Origin: Raillietiella orientalis
Taxonomy: Eukaryota
Reading direction: 5' to 3'
DNA: 64,000 bases
Assembly: GCA_036172245.1 (NCBI GenBank)
Contig: JAYWIR010000058.1
Location: forward strand, 310,001 to 374,000
Shown here: one piece after another, positions 1 to 15,600 of the stretch
Layout of the letters: every line of letters begins with the position of its first letter
How positions within the stretch are numbered: position 1 is the first letter of the stretch
Notes under the pieces: generated by a model
The model's input: the letters and a program-made list of their open reading frames with translations, nothing else
Database searches by the model: none
What the model was told of the DNA's origin: nothing
Program-made: the position numbers and the translations under genes

Positions 1-1633
1 ACGAACTGTAATATGTTTTGAAGTCCGTATGTTTCCTTTCGATTATGTAATACTTGTGATGTAGTGCTTAAAGTAAGCCCTTTTTTTTTTTTTTTGCTAA
101 TGTGAAGCAAGAGCCCTCGTTCAAGCTCACCATAAAAACATGTTGAATTGAAGTCCACAACGTAGTTCAACGACAAATTGAAAAAAGGGTTATGACTTGA
201 ATTTTGGTGCTTTTGTAGGAATAGAATCATGCTTACGGGTTTCATGTTCGGGTACTCATTAATTATTAGATGCAGTATTTTCAATCCATCTGTAAGCTAG
301 CAAATAAAATAGTTAACCGCTTAAAGAAAGTTCTTTTCTGTGGTACCATATAAAATGGTTAACATGGAATGATTTGTGCTAATTTATAAGCATTTACAGC
401 AACCACGAAATCCACATCCGTCAAACAGTTAAAAGTATTAACTATTAAAAAACATCAGTTTGAAGCTATGCTGGCTTGCAGTTGAGTTGCATTTGATAAG
501 TTCTGTATTTTCTGTGTGTTATCTTCGTGAAATTTGAATTTGATATTTGTTTTCGTATCTGATTTTTAAAGATACTTGATTCCACAATTCTGAGTAGTGA
601 ATTGTTGAGGTGACTTGTGTTTTGAATAAATACGACCAGTGAACTACAAAGTACTTTTAAAACAGTCAAGTTTTATATTTTTGTGATTTAAAAATCTGCA
701 GTCTTAGGTCAGTGTTTGATATTTTAAAGGGATTGGAAATCGAAGTTTGAAAGTTTAGATTCTTAACAACTTATAATGGCTTGAAAGTTTGCAGGAACTC
801 CTTTCATTTGTTTTTCTAATTTTTTTTATAAGCAAAATTTCGATGATATTCTGTGAAAATGTGTGCTTTGTTGCATTTTCTAGGCATACCTTCTTTCACA
901 GTAATCTACTGTATGCTCCAACATAATTATTAAATGTTTTTTAGATTTTTGTGCCATGTTTTCTTTACATCTAAGGTTGTTTTCTTTTAAGTTTGGATTT
1001 TTTAATTTTTTTTATTTTATTAAATCAAATTTATGCAGAATTTGGAATCAGATGCCGGAGACTTATATGTACTATATCCTATCTTAACGGTATTTCATTG
1101 AACTCGGTAGATGGACGCGTGAACATTCGTAAATTGTATCGTTTGAAGTTCGAAAGTTCCTTATTTTCTTGCATTCTCCAGAATTTTTTTTATTTTTCTT
1201 GGAAATAGGAATATAATCTGATGCATTTCAAGTTGACAAAGTGTAAACATATTTGGCTTAGCGATCTTGTGCACCTGTGTGTGTGTTTTCTTGTGAGAAC
1301 AAATATTTGTACACACAGTATTTAGAATAACATAAGAAAGACTGTCATTCGTCTTGATTTCATCAAAACTAAAATAATTAGTTAATTTATACCACAATTA
1401 TGTATCAGAGATACAAAATTTGCATTGATGTGCTTGATGGCACTGATTCATAAGGTCAAAAAATAGGTAGCTTTGTAGTTTGATTTTTTTAATTTAGTCC
1501 TGTCTTTAAACAAAAACGTTGGTTTAGATAAAGATTTAGTTTTTTGGACTGATGTGCTAGAATAGGAATGAATCACATAAAATTGATAAAGAATTGGCAG
1601 AAGCAAAGTTTGATGAGTTGATCTGAGTTAGAG

Positions 1634-1667
1634 TATAATAAACAACTAAGATATAATAAACAACTAA
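1634..1667. repeat. Short tandem duplication, 18-bp period
   Basis: tataataaacaactaa occurs at 1634-1649 and 1652-1667. Confidence 0.75.
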
Positions 1668-2179
1668 AATAATTGGAACTTTTATATTTTTCTAGCACTT
1701 TTGAGAATCTGCTGTTTTTTTATCATGATTTGGAGGGTTTCTTTCAATAGTTCTGTAACATTTTATTGATTTGTACTTTGAGTGTATGATTTTATAAATT
1801 TCATGCTATGTTTTGCAAAAAATTATATCGTGAACGTTTTTCACAAGTTTGTGCTTAGCAATTTGATTCAGCCCTTGACTTTTAAGAGAGAACTTAAGCA
1901 GTTTTTCGGAATACATTTGAATTTGCATGTAACAAATGGTATAGCGATTAGGATTAAGGAAAAGTATTTCTTTCAAAGCATTTTCATAAAACATTTCTTT
2001 TCATTATGGAAAATTAAATACAGATTCATTTTAGATCTTTGAATTTATATGAAATTGGATATTGCTTTCTGATGTAAATGTTTATAGTAATAGGCAAGTC
2101 ATTGTAACATACTGAGAACTCTAGAAACAACAATCATGTGTTGGTCATATTCAATCTTTCATTGAATATCATATGAACT

Positions 2180-3522
<1,343 letters not shown>

Positions 3523-3618
3523 GTAAACATCCACTGTTGTCTGATATATATCAAATAACCCAACAAGCATGGACACAGCAATTTATAGACTTTATATGGA
3601 AATAAGAAACCAGACAAA

Positions 3619-3643
3619 AATAAAATTTTAAGTTCTTTTTATT
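3619..3643. terminator. Convergent polyadenylation signals of CK2alpha (+, AATAAA 3619-3624) and RPS26 (-, AATAAA at 3643-3638)
   Basis: Both hexamers lie in the 123-bp gap between the two stop codons. Confidence 0.6.
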
Positions 3644-3645
3644 TC

Positions 3646-4646
3646 TTATACTCTTCGAGGTGCAGTAGAAGCTGTTGCACCAAGGTTTGTTCCTGCTGCA
3701 GTGACATTGGGTCGCATATCCTAACATTTTTGTTTATGAGAACGTGTTATTTATGTGCTTACCCCTGCTCTTGGGAATCTGGGAGGAGGTGTACGATCCT
3801 TTCTAGCCTCACGTGACCTATTTCTCACCACTTTTGAGTGGATGGCACAAGAAACACAATAGAGTAACTTTGCATATAGTTTAGGTAACTGATACGCTAT
3901 GAAAACGAATAGGATTATTTTCTTGATGTTTGTATCTTACCAGTGTAAACACTAGCTTCTCCGATATCCCTCACTGCAGCTAATTCCACTATGTTCCTTA
4001 TAACAAATTTCTTAATGGCTTTGTCTTTGGGTACACATCTAGCACAATTTGTACATCGAATTGGCTTGACATGACCTCGTCCATGTTTTGAACGACCATG
4101 GTTTCTTCTTTTGCAAGTCTAAAATAACAAATTGCCATAATTGGCGCTTAATCTTCAAGAACACATAATTCCTTAGTTTTGTGATACAAGTATTCGGATT
4201 TTAATTTATTAATAAAGCTTTGTCTTGAGGAAATCTTTGAAACACGGTTACATTACTTTCTTCCGATCTCCGTAAATTAAGTTACAATAAAGCGCACATT
4301 CACGAATCCTGGATTCTTAAAATATACTTCGCAAATATATTCCAATTATTCGTGCTAAACCACCTTTCCAAAATTACAGAAATGGAGAAACATGAAAAAC
4401 TGTTTCAACTGCCTAATAAAGACATAATACCTCTCTTTATACAGTAAACATGTAACAACGCTACCATGCAAAAGGAATCAATTCGTATAAACATGCAAAC
4501 TCAATGGAAACCTTAAATTTCAAATTCAAATACGATGCACAATAATTCAGTTAACATAATTTCAAAAATAATGATCGTGACTGTGACCATTCTGTTAATG
4601 CAATGTGTTCTATAAATATTTCTTCAATAAAAGGTTCATTTACCAT
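3646..4646 (-). CDS. RPS26: 40S ribosomal protein S26 (eS26), 4 coding exons (4646-4644 ATG only, 4118-3941, 3896-3763, 3720-3646)
   Basis: Not in the ORF track. The reverse complement gives [46 protein letters not shown]...[38 protein letters not shown], with GT-AG introns. The ATG-only first coding exon (ATG|gtaaat) is an inferred but typical arrangement. Confidence 0.96.
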
Positions 4647-4696
4647 GATTCAGTAAACTTTCTCGCAAGAATCACGACACACAATAACATACTTCC

Positions 4697-4704
4697 GAAA
4701 GGAG
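4697..4704 (-). promoter_or_regulatory. Polypyrimidine TCT initiator / 5'TOP candidate of RPS26
   Basis: Minus-strand CTCCTTTC about 50 nt upstream of the RPS26 ATG, followed directly by GGAAGT (ETS-like). Ribosomal protein genes typically start in such a tract. Confidence 0.5.
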
Positions 4705-6479
4705 TGCCAAATTTATGTAGCGAAATAATAGTTCCTCTATTGGTGATTTTCTATACATATTAAGGATGCACATCATGAAATGATGACCATATTATAGAAG
4801 AATCATTAATAAAATGAGTTTTTCCATCCCTTCAAAATGTTTTTATTAAGTCTTCTATTTCATAACTTTTGTTGCAAGCTTTTGGAAACTCTCCATGAGA
4901 TAATTGACTTTTGAACCTTGCTAACCACTCTTGAAAAGGAAGTATTATTTCAACATATATGCACATTATTTCGAATATTGTTCTATACGTTTAATAATGG
5001 CCTATTTATAAGTTAATAAGTTAACAATATATTTCTAGAATTTATTCTTGGCATTTGATGGCTCTTTAAGTTTACTTTGTTTACGGAATAGTTTCCAGAA
5101 ATGGTGAAATACCAAATTCAATATTTATCAAAATAAATGCATACTTCATTATATTCTTTTATTTTATTGATTAGTGATGGTGAAGACGAATCAGGATACT
5201 AAAAAAGGGAAGTTCAATCTCTTGAATCATAAATTTAGAGTCCAGCTTGGTATTGTTTACTCATCAACCACGTCTAAGTAATATATTTATGTAATTGAAT
5301 ATGTTGCAGGATTTTCTGATTTAGGAAATGTTTTGAAGTGATTTCAGGATTCTATATAAGTTTTCCAATATGGCAAGCAATATAAAAATATGTTGAATAA
5401 CATATGTTTCTATTTCACATTGATATTTTTGAAGTAAGCTAGGAGGCACGCAATGGAACATTTTCAAAATTGTGTAATTAACGATGGAATCAAGAAATGC
5501 AGAAATATGTGAATGGCTGAGAAATGTTCATAATTGGCAATGAAGTCGAATGGTAATAAATATTTATACAAATGGCAAATAATTTTTAGTACAATTATAA
5601 TTAGAAAAGGAATTTTCAAAATAAATTGATCCTGCGTTTAAAAAAACTGCCTTAGACAAGTTAGAAGAAACAAGCAAGGATCATGTTTTTTTATTCATTG
5701 GATTTATGGATTGACGACTTGTGAAAAATCAAGTTTTTGGCGTTAGTGAGATATGTTTTAAGCGGTTTTTTTAGAGCAAAGAAAAATTGGTGGACAAGCT
5801 CAAGAATTCAGTAGGAATGGCGTGATACCTGAAAGATCACAAGTATCACTTTTGTAAAAACTAATCTTTAATAAGAGGAAGTCTTGACAAATTTGGTCTT
5901 CCTGAGAAATCATGTCGTTGTGAAACCAAACCAATGCTTCAGAAGTACATTGCCTTATAAAAAAACATGAAACTAGTAGTTGTTTCAGCTGAACTGTATT
6001 CATAAGTGTACGAGTTGATTATATTCCCTGAAAAAATGTAATCTACTTGACTTTATAGGATCTGATTGCAACTCTTTTACAAACTGGTGATCTGAAATTA
6101 GCAGTAAGTGTATTGTAAGCTATTCTGATTATACATGGATATCCTATTGACAGAATGTCCATTTTGGTATGAGAATTTTCTGAGATGTCACTCCATTTTC
6201 AAAACTAGAGATCATTTATTTCGTTCCTTTCATTTTAAACATTTTTTTACACAAAATAAACCTCGGTGTACATGTAGTGGGAATTATTTATAATGATCAT
6301 AAATTATGCATTTCTTAATATACACGCAAGCTGAAACCTAAGATGTTTGTATTTAGTCTTGCAGAACTTCCAACTGTTTGCATGAGAAGTCTATAGTAAT
6401 GCATGCAATGATCTTTCTAAAAAATCCATACATTTGTAAAATGCTGACCACAAATTTTCTGTTTTGTTGGAATATTCTT

Positions 6480-9400
6480 TTAAAAATGGGCTGTATAACG
6501 ATCAATTTCCATCAAATCCTCAATTATTTCATCAACTTTGGTACCAATCTTCTTTGCCACTTCTTGTTTTTCAATTGTTGATAACTGTAAATACCTCCAC
6601 ACCAACTGTCCATCCACAATGTTACGACTAGGATTACTTAAAAGTCTTCTTGAGCTGTTAAATGTGCGAAATCCTTTAGGATTCAAACCAGCAACATGAG
6701 GTATGTAACTGTTGAGAACATTCTGTAACATCTGAAGGCGGCGATAAATTTTTTCTGGTATGGGGAGAAAGTACCCCAGACTTCCATCAAGTGTAGCTAT
6801 GAGATAAAATTACAAGTGAAATTTTAGTAATTGAATCTTTACCAAACATGGTAACATGGCGCTTCTCAATGGATGCTGTATTGCGTTTATCTGTTGATGG
6901 ATCAGACAGTTTACAACGAATACGAAAAAAGCAATTAATGTGGAACCCCACATGAACATCTCCCTTCCTCATCATTCGCATACCTAAAAGGCAATGATCA
7001 TGAACCTTAACAAGTGCTTACCTCCACAACTTTCACGAGCTTCTGGATTGTACATAAGCAAGGTGACATTCTTCTCTGCATCAGAGGCAAAGAATCCTAA
7101 CTGTGTGTTATCTACAAAGTATTCAGTAGCATACACTTCCATAGGACGAAAATCTTTGCAGATAAGTGATAATGTGCGGAACTCAGCTTGGAAGCGCATT
7201 ACAGAAACTGATTTGTACACATCAGCCACATAAATGAGACTCTTTAATGGAAGCATCTGATGAATATAAATATGCATGTCCATAAAGGCAATGCCCACTA
7301 AATCATTATCTTTTAACTGCCAAATATACACCTTCAAAGAGAATGGCCATATTGTTCCTGTATTATTGCTTTGCATGCATGCAAAAATAGAAACCAGGTT
7401 TACCTTTTGACCAATAGCAGCAATCAAGAAACCATGAACATGAGCCAGGGCAGTGACAGGTCCTTTCTGCTCTTTAGCATAAACTAGCTTTATTCGATTC
7501 TTAGTGAGTGGTTGCCCAGGCTCTGGCACCACTTCAATTACATCCATGATAAGGATCTTGCAGCACATCATAACATCAGCAGGCAGAGAAAAATACTCAC
7601 CCTTCCACGACTAGTGATATCTTCACCATAGTTATAATTAGTACCCACAGCCAAATAGCCTTTACGTCCGCTTCGGGCTCCTTCATAGGCTAGACTGACT
7701 GTTCTTAGACATGTTACATGCTCCCATTCCTCACATTCAATTTTTGTATTTGGAATAACCTGCCACATATGTTTTGTAAGACGTAGAGCATGCACAAACC
7801 TCCCAAGAAACAGGAGAGAATAGCTGAATGGTGAAAGACTCCACATGAGGAAAGGGGAATCGGTCATCCCGTTCTTCTACAAACAGTTCCTTATCATCCC
7901 CATTAAATCGATAAACACGATTAGATGGTTCAGCTTGACTGGTTACTACACAATAAGTTTTGCTCTCCACATGATATGTAATATAATGAGGTGTACATCG
8001 CAAAGGTACTTTACGGACAGGCCAATGAGCATCATATGACAGATGTGTTGGCAGAACACAAATGCGCAATTCATCCTGTACCAAATAAGGAAACATTGAA
8101 CAATGAGCACTAACCTTGCGATTAAAGTAAAGGAAACCTTGGGGACAGTTGATATTATGGAAGGGTGAAAAACGAAATATGCTGCCATCTATTCCCATAG
8201 GATGAAAGCGTGATTCACCTCGAGAAGTCATGAACATCCAGTGAGGATAATAACCACAGATAAAGATCTATAGAGCACAATAAGCCTTTTCATAAATGTG
8301 CAATGATTTAATTACTCCACTGTATCCTGCGACATTTTTGAAATATCGAAACCACTGTTGGGTGGGACATTTATACTTAGCTTCTTCAGTCACATTCTCT
8401 TGTTTCTTCCTTGATCTAATGTACTACTGTCATTTTATCCAATATAATGTTTCCTCACTTTGACTTCTTTTCTCGAAGAATAAGATTATGGGCAACTTTC
8501 TGGAACCGAAGACGTAAGTGTCCACTTTCTGCTCCTAAATAGAAGGCATATGCCTCATAGATGAGGAGATCCTCTTCAATACGTGCTAGTAACATTGGAC
8601 GTCGGTTGTTATGGCCAAGTCCCACAAGCAAAAGTTCGGACACCTGATGATTAGTTTCGTATTCACTGTTACTGCAAGTCATTATTGCATTCTTAATAGC
8701 ATTTTTTTTGGGTGCTCACTTTTTTCCCTTCTGTCCTTCAGTGTCCAAACTATCTACAAGTATTCCTGGCTCTGTAATAAAATTGGGCACTGAATAATGA
8801 AGTATGCATTCTGGCAAAGAGTAAATTGCCAGTTCTCCATTTTCAAAAGCTACTGCAAGCCAGTAAGTGGGCGTGATATCTCGTGAATACCACCTGCAAT
8901 GTGTTACTTAGGTTTTTTGTTTTCTACTTGCATTACTTCAAACGCTGTTCTCTGGCCTTCTCTTGCTGAGCTACAGCCTCTTCTTGTTCTCTGTAACTGG
9001 TGTGAAAAACACTTTCTGAATCCCCATATAGAAGCTCATCTTCATCATCAACCCGTGAATTGAGACTAATAGCAAATGGGAGGAACCAAATGTAGTAATA
9101 CACCAAGGCCACCTACATGTTGAAAGACGGTGTTTCCATTGAGGCAGAGGATTTTGATGCTTGAATATTGTATTCCATTTCCTTCCATCTATCAGGAATT
9201 GCAGTAGAAAACAGTCCACTATGATCCCGATATGCAGATAAGGCAACTAGTTGCAACTCATTTGTTCCCAGAGACAGATATGTAACTTGTAGATTTGCAG
9301 TGCTCCTCCCTTCTTCTAGAGTCAATAGAATTAGCTGATTGTTTTCTGTGAGAAGCACAAGATAAGGTTCTGCCAAGGTTGCTCTCTGGATGGAAGACTT

Positions 9401-12400
9401 TAGTTCATCAAAAGCAACATGCTGGACTTGATTTGGACCATCAAGTAGACGAACACAGTTTTGTGTGACCTATGTGACTCCTTTGCAGTTGAGCATTATG
9501 ATATTTACCTGGAAAATATAACGATTTCCCCCTATGTTCCCAGCAAAAACGGTGGCACTCTGAGTGATAAATGCTGAATTGTCCAACTCATTAATCTCCT
9601 GCCCAGTTTCCAGTACCTAGACACCACAAAACTTACATTAACTTGAAAGAATTATGAATACCATTGTGCTGTCCTTTCTGCTTAAAATGAGGTAAGAATG
9701 ACTGCCATCATCATGAGACAATGTGTTTGCTGCGTTTCTACTGATTGCAACAGTCCACATATCTAATATGCCTGGAAGTTCAAATGTAGTAATAACTTGA
9801 GGTCGGATGGATCTCTGAAGAACAGACAGGGCGCCATTTTTGCCATACCCAGAAGTAGTCACTAATTCAACATCCGGATCTACTAAATTTGTGAATTCTT
9901 CTGACAAAAAAGCTGGTTCTCCCATGCTTACATTGCCACAGGGGCCAATGTTTAGCAGGCTATCACACACCTATGAACTTCTGCGGTGAGTTACAATCAT
10001 GCAGACATCAAAACACTTACATCAAAAGTAAACTGAGTCAGACGGACACTGGCTGGATCTTCAGTACCATACACTTCCAGTTCATCTACATCCTGAATGT
10101 CTGCTACATCTGTTGCCATCCAGTCTCCTAAACAATTCCATGCATGATCTTATCTTCAAAAACCAACAATTACCAAGGGTATCTAATCTCTTTTTCTTTG
10201 ATAAAGGTTCTTGGTTTTTTTTCTGTAATGCGGAATTATCCACTTGCTCTTTTTCAGTGTAACGCAGCAGGAGGGAATTTCCTAGTCGGGAACCAAGGAA
10301 TAAGTAATTACTCTCACACACACACATCTGCAAGATGGAATGAAATTTAATACAAGCACAATGAGCTCACCGAAGTAGTCAATACGCTAGAGGCTGCTTT
10401 ATCAAAATGCAGGCTACGTATGCTGCGCATACTATCTGCAATAAGTGTGAGGACATACAGTTCTCCTCCTTTCAAGGAAATGACCAACCGATCATAGGAT
10501 ATAAAAGTTGCTTCAGCACAATCTAAAGTCATTTTGATGTTATCCTGGCGTCCTATAAAAATGCTAATGCACATTCTATTGGATTGCATGCAGCGTACTC
10601 AAAGGAAAGTTGGTGCTTAGATCAGCAATGCTGTTTAATGACACTCCATATGGTGGAACACTCTGATTCAGATAGAGCAAAGAATTCACAGCAAAAATCA
10701 GAGTGCCACCCACTGGTTTAGGCACTGGGAAAGCTTTGATACAATCAAATGGCAAATTGGAGACTGACCAAATGATAGGATGTACTTTTTGTTGAATATT
10801 GATAGAAATAGCCACAAGAGCACAAGTATCTTGGCGTATAGCTATACGCCTTCATCGGATTATTTTCTAGTTGCAAACAAGGCAATGCACTCACCCTGCA
10901 TAAGTTTTCAATGGCTCATACAGAATTAATAAAGTGGGTTCATAATAACCATGCAGAAAATTAATGTCAATCACATTATCCATTTTGTTGTCAAGTTGCT
11001 TCAGATGAATCATATATGAAGCCATTACTGGGCCTTTGGACAAAGCAAGTGAATTGATAGAAAAAGCTGGATCATCTGTAGCTAACTCCCGTCGGAATGG
11101 TAAAACTACTAATTTTTTTCCATATACCAACATAACAGCACAACGTCCTTCTGGATCAACCCGAATAAAAGGAATGGAGTGATTCTGAGTAAAACCTTCC
11201 TGTGGAAATAAGATCATGATCATTTCTAAACAAATGACTACTCAATGATTTAAAATTTTTTGCATATACGATAATACAGAGTGAACATCAGAAAGATACC
11301 AAGGACAAAAACAAAAAGAAATGAAGCAATGCGATCTTGGGCACAAATCTATTCAGTTCAACTGAGAAACTAGCAGCATTGAAATCAGTCTTGGCTCAAG
11401 ATGCATAAACACAAATGTAATTCACCAAAAACTAATAGGGAAATTTTAAACAAAGAATTTGAAATCTCCCTATTATCAATTTTTCAAACAAAAATTTCAA
11501 GTTGGTAAAATGGAAAAAAAAAAAAAAAAAATGAAACATAATTGTATGAAAGACAATCACTACAGAAAGAAGACGTGACAAGTTGACAAAACGAGATACA
11601 ATATTCTAAATGACTAGTGTTTCTAGATATATAGCCACATTCATGCAAATGTGGATCAGCAATCATAATTATATATGAAAGCAATGGAATATAAAGCTCA
11701 GTCATCTGTAGCTAACTCTCATCAGAATGGTAAAACTACTAATTTTTAGTTTAAGAAAGGATGTTAACAAAGCTTCCTAGAATTGGAAAGGCTGTTAAGC
11801 CTTTCCATTTCTAGGAAATTCTGGTAGAAGCTTGCTACAAAAGCTTGCACACAAAGTTTGTTGCAAGTCAGTTTTTTGCACACCTGTACACTCTGAGTAA
11901 TGTAAGATGAATAAGTCCAAAATGAAATAAATGAAATAAAAACAGTATTAGAAGTCATCTCTTGGCTTAAAGATTTGATCAAATCTTTCAGAAAAAAAAA
12001 GGCAAGTTTGTGTTATGAAAAACATATTTTTGGAGCACAAAAAATCAAACATTAATCAAGTGTTATATTGATGTAACATTAAATTCACATCATAAAAGCT
12101 CATACATTCCACATTATCCAAGTTCTTCATTATTTATATTTATAAATTTTTCGCTTCATTTGGTCTTTGAAACAAATATTCTCAAGCATATACAGAATAT
12201 CTTACTATTGCAAGCTAAATTCAATGATTCACCTTCATTTCAGGTTCTTCAAAGTAATGAAGTGATAAGGTTTTCAGATCATGAGAGAATGGGTCATATT
12301 CCACAACTGATAGTTTTGCTTCTTTGAAGCTTAGCAGCAAAGCATCCCTTTTTGATTTGTGTAAAGTCACACATTGCATAGACATAACATTTCCAAACAA

Positions 12401-12658
12401 GTGATATGAACTCATGAACTCCAACTTCATCTTTGGGACTTTATTTTCTAAAACAGTTTTGTTACCATGCAAAGCACTCTGTTCAGTATTACTTTCATTT
12501 TTATCCCCATGGAGGGGAAAATCAGGTATAAGACGATATACTCGAATAACATTTGCTCCTGCAACAACTAGGTTTTTTTCTTCCGCTCCAAAAAAATTGC
12601 AGTATAAAGAAAACTCGATACCCGTTACAGGATGGCTTTCTTTTAATATTGAGAACAT
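6480..12658 (-). CDS. CPSF1: Cleavage and polyadenylation specificity factor subunit 1 (CPSF160), multi-exon
   Basis: Successive minus-strand exons read [23 protein letters not shown]...[26 protein letters not shown]...[87 protein letters not shown]...IVDGQL...TAHF*. First intron is about 1 kb (12232-11200); the others checked are 39-72 nt. Confidence 0.97.
11702..11747 (-). repeat. 46-bp direct copy of CPSF1 exon 2 sequence (11072-11117) inside CPSF1 intron 1
   Basis: tcatctgtagctaactctcatcagaatggtaaaactactaattttt versus tcatctgtagctaactcccgtcggaatggtaaaactactaattttt: 43/46 identical, offset 630 bp. Confidence 0.9.
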
Positions 12659-15600
12659 CTTAGTGGGTGTAAATGTTTTATTGGGAATAATCAATCTGGA
12701 AATTACATAACATGAAAAAGCATTTGTAATAATGCAAATGGGAAAAACAAAATCAATGTCTAAAATCAGAGAACCACTATTTTTTGTTTAAATTCGCATA
12801 CTTTCATTTTAGAAATTTAATATTAACTGAAATATTAACTGAAATGCATTATCTTAATGGTACTAGGAACTTTAAAAATATTTAAATTAAATTCTTCCAA
12901 AATTATTCAGTGAACTGAACCTTCAATTCATCTTTGTAATAATAACTGCTATGTAACATGCAACTTAATTATTGATAATGCAGTTACCGTAGAATACTTT
13001 TAATCCAGAAAAAACTCAACGCATGCTACTCCAAATCATGGATTATAGGCTTTCATTTGCAATTAAACAAATCCTTCTTATAATATACTGGATACATGGG
13101 CCCAAAGTCATGAACTGTACACAATACGACACCACGTTTCGTATGCTCATTTCACATCACTCACGAAGAAATCACGTTTAATACTCTAATATCCGTGTTC
13201 AATCTACCACCAATTCGAACCTTCAACACTCGCGGCCATGTATTCGATACCCTGTTCATAATTACTGTATTTTCTTAAAACAAAGATTTTAGAGGTATTG
13301 TCAAAGCAATTGTCCTGAGTACAAGAATTTACGATTTTTACTTTCATGTTGCTTTCTACTTAACAATACTAGTATAAACTGAGTATTTTCAACATTTTAC
13401 GTCCATAACAGGACTACTTGCCAGGAAACATAACAGGAACGTGAAAATACTCATACTCATACACATTATTCCAGTTTCAGAGTTTAATTCAATACTGTCC
13501 TTTACTTAAAAATAGTATACTATCACGCTTGAGTGTTGATTATCTAGATGTATATCAATTTATGATTTTCAATACCTGTAAATGAGAGATATATGATCTC
13601 AAATTTACATGCATCCTTCTACCAATCTGCATACTCAGTCAATGCCATCAGTAAAAAAAAAAATACAGGTAAAAGTAAACATCTAAGTAATTCATTAAAA
13701 TAAGAAAATAAGATTTAGGATAAATAATTTAAAATACACTTCCAAGGTCCTTAAGAGCTTCGTTTCAAAACCAAGCTGCAGCTTATAAAAAGTCCTGGAA
13801 GCCTTCATTTAAGTGTAAGTTTTTTCCTTCTTACTCTTGATTTTGACTCTGCTAAATGTTTCTTATGCTCAAAAATTATCATCAATATTCTGATTCAATA
13901 AATGAAGTTCAAAATTTCCAGAGCATACTTTTGCTAAGGAAATGACAAACCTCTAATGAAATACATATGCATCTAATTCTGCATTACAAACCATAAATGT
14001 GATTGATATAAATACTCATTCTTGAATTCAAGAGATTTCATGGAAACCATTTTATTTATGCTCTCTTTGTATCCACATTTGCGTTTCACTTTGTAAGAGG
14101 AATTCATCAATAGTAAACACGTGATGACGATCATGCTTGATCTGAATGCTGTGTTAAAGGATAAGTACACTATTTGTGATTCCTGGTATACTACCACATA
14201 AATATGCATGACATCATATAGAATATTATGTTAGAATGCTGGGGAGAAAAGGGAGAAAAAAAGGAAGAAGAGGAGAAGGAAAACTGAGTTTTTCTTCTGT
14301 AAGCTACATAACGAAACAGCGTTTTTTTAAGGAATTACGGACTTTGGGAACAAAGTGTTTTGATGAACTTATAAAATCCCTCTTCCATCACAAGGAAAAA
14401 GAATTTTCCATCTATGAAGGTTTCCATCTATCCATTTTCCATGCATTCTATGAAGGATCTATCACAAGGAACCTTCATAGTGATTTGACATGCTGTAGTT
14501 AGCATTTGTAGCTGATTCCTTCAAGCTCTGAAGTTTCTCTTTGATACTCAGAATGCTCTATGACAATAATTCTATTAGAAGATGTCACCCAAAGTGGCAA
14601 TGAAAACTTCCGAAAGAAAAAGTATTGCTATCTACGAAATTAAAAGGTAATATTCTTGCCACTCGCCTAGTCTGCATGCATCCCTTCAAGAGACATCTTC
14701 AAAGAGGAAATGAGAAAAAAATCTTTCGTCGAGATCCGGCCTCATTGTTTTGCCCGCTCCAGAGAGAGAGAAACTCCAAATTTGAGAGAAGGAAAAGAAC
14801 TGAGGCAAAGAAGTGTTCCATGATATACAGAGGGTCTCACCAGTCGAGTTTTGTCGATTCGCGTTCGACTACATCCTGTGAGAATGCTTCAAAGATATAC
14901 CTTGGCATATCACCCAAAAGAGAGGAAAAAGCTAGAACTTGGCTGGGGAGCTAATGATCCAGAGAGGATTCTGGGAGAATAATCTTGCAGTTCTTTTGCA
15001 AAATGAAACCTCTGCACAGTGGCTTTATATCCCAAAGGAATCAAGAAACGTCTGCTGCAAGTCTTATCTTCGTCACCGAATGATATTTCGTCAAAGGAAC
15101 GGCCTATAGAATCCTTGTGAGCAAAGAGCGTTTCCAAAGATCTGGGAACCCTCCTATCAACCACTGTTTTCTAGAATAAAGCACTGAAGTTGTCAGTATC
15201 ACTTCAAGCTAATCATAAGATGCATCTTATATCCAACCGTGATACTGTGCACTAGTTCCCAATAATTCTGTTAAAGGACTTTGAACCAAGTTATAAATAT
15301 TTAAAATATTACACCATAAAGTCATGAAACTAAAGAAAATTTTTACATATTATATGTAGAAATTATTTAATCATCATATATTACATGCGATAATTAAATA
15401 CATCTAACACTGTCCTTTCGGCATCCTTCTTATATTTTATCCTTTATACAAATATTAATGAATCGCATTTACGTAAAAATGTCTTCGATCACTTATTTAT
15501 CAAACAATTTAAAGCAAAGTTGGTCACCTGTCCTCCATTAGCTTCAATAAAGTTTATAAATTCCTAATAAATGCATTCTAAAAATGTCGTTGCATTAGTC

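Noticed and set aside
4119..4643. Intronic snoRNA in RPS26 intron 1
   Set aside because: No convincing C/D box pair or H/ACA double hairpin on the sense strand.
5100..6200. Possible small spliced gene between RPS26 and CPSF1 (intron-like gtaagt...gacag at 6104-6153)
   Set aside because: I could not join the candidate exons into a continuous frame or recognise any homology. A non-coding transcript is not excluded.
10833..10850. Perfect 18-bp palindrome ggcgtatagctatacgcc at a CPSF1 acceptor
   Set aside because: It lies almost wholly in conserved coding sequence (GRIAIRQ) and is a single instance, with no evidence of function.
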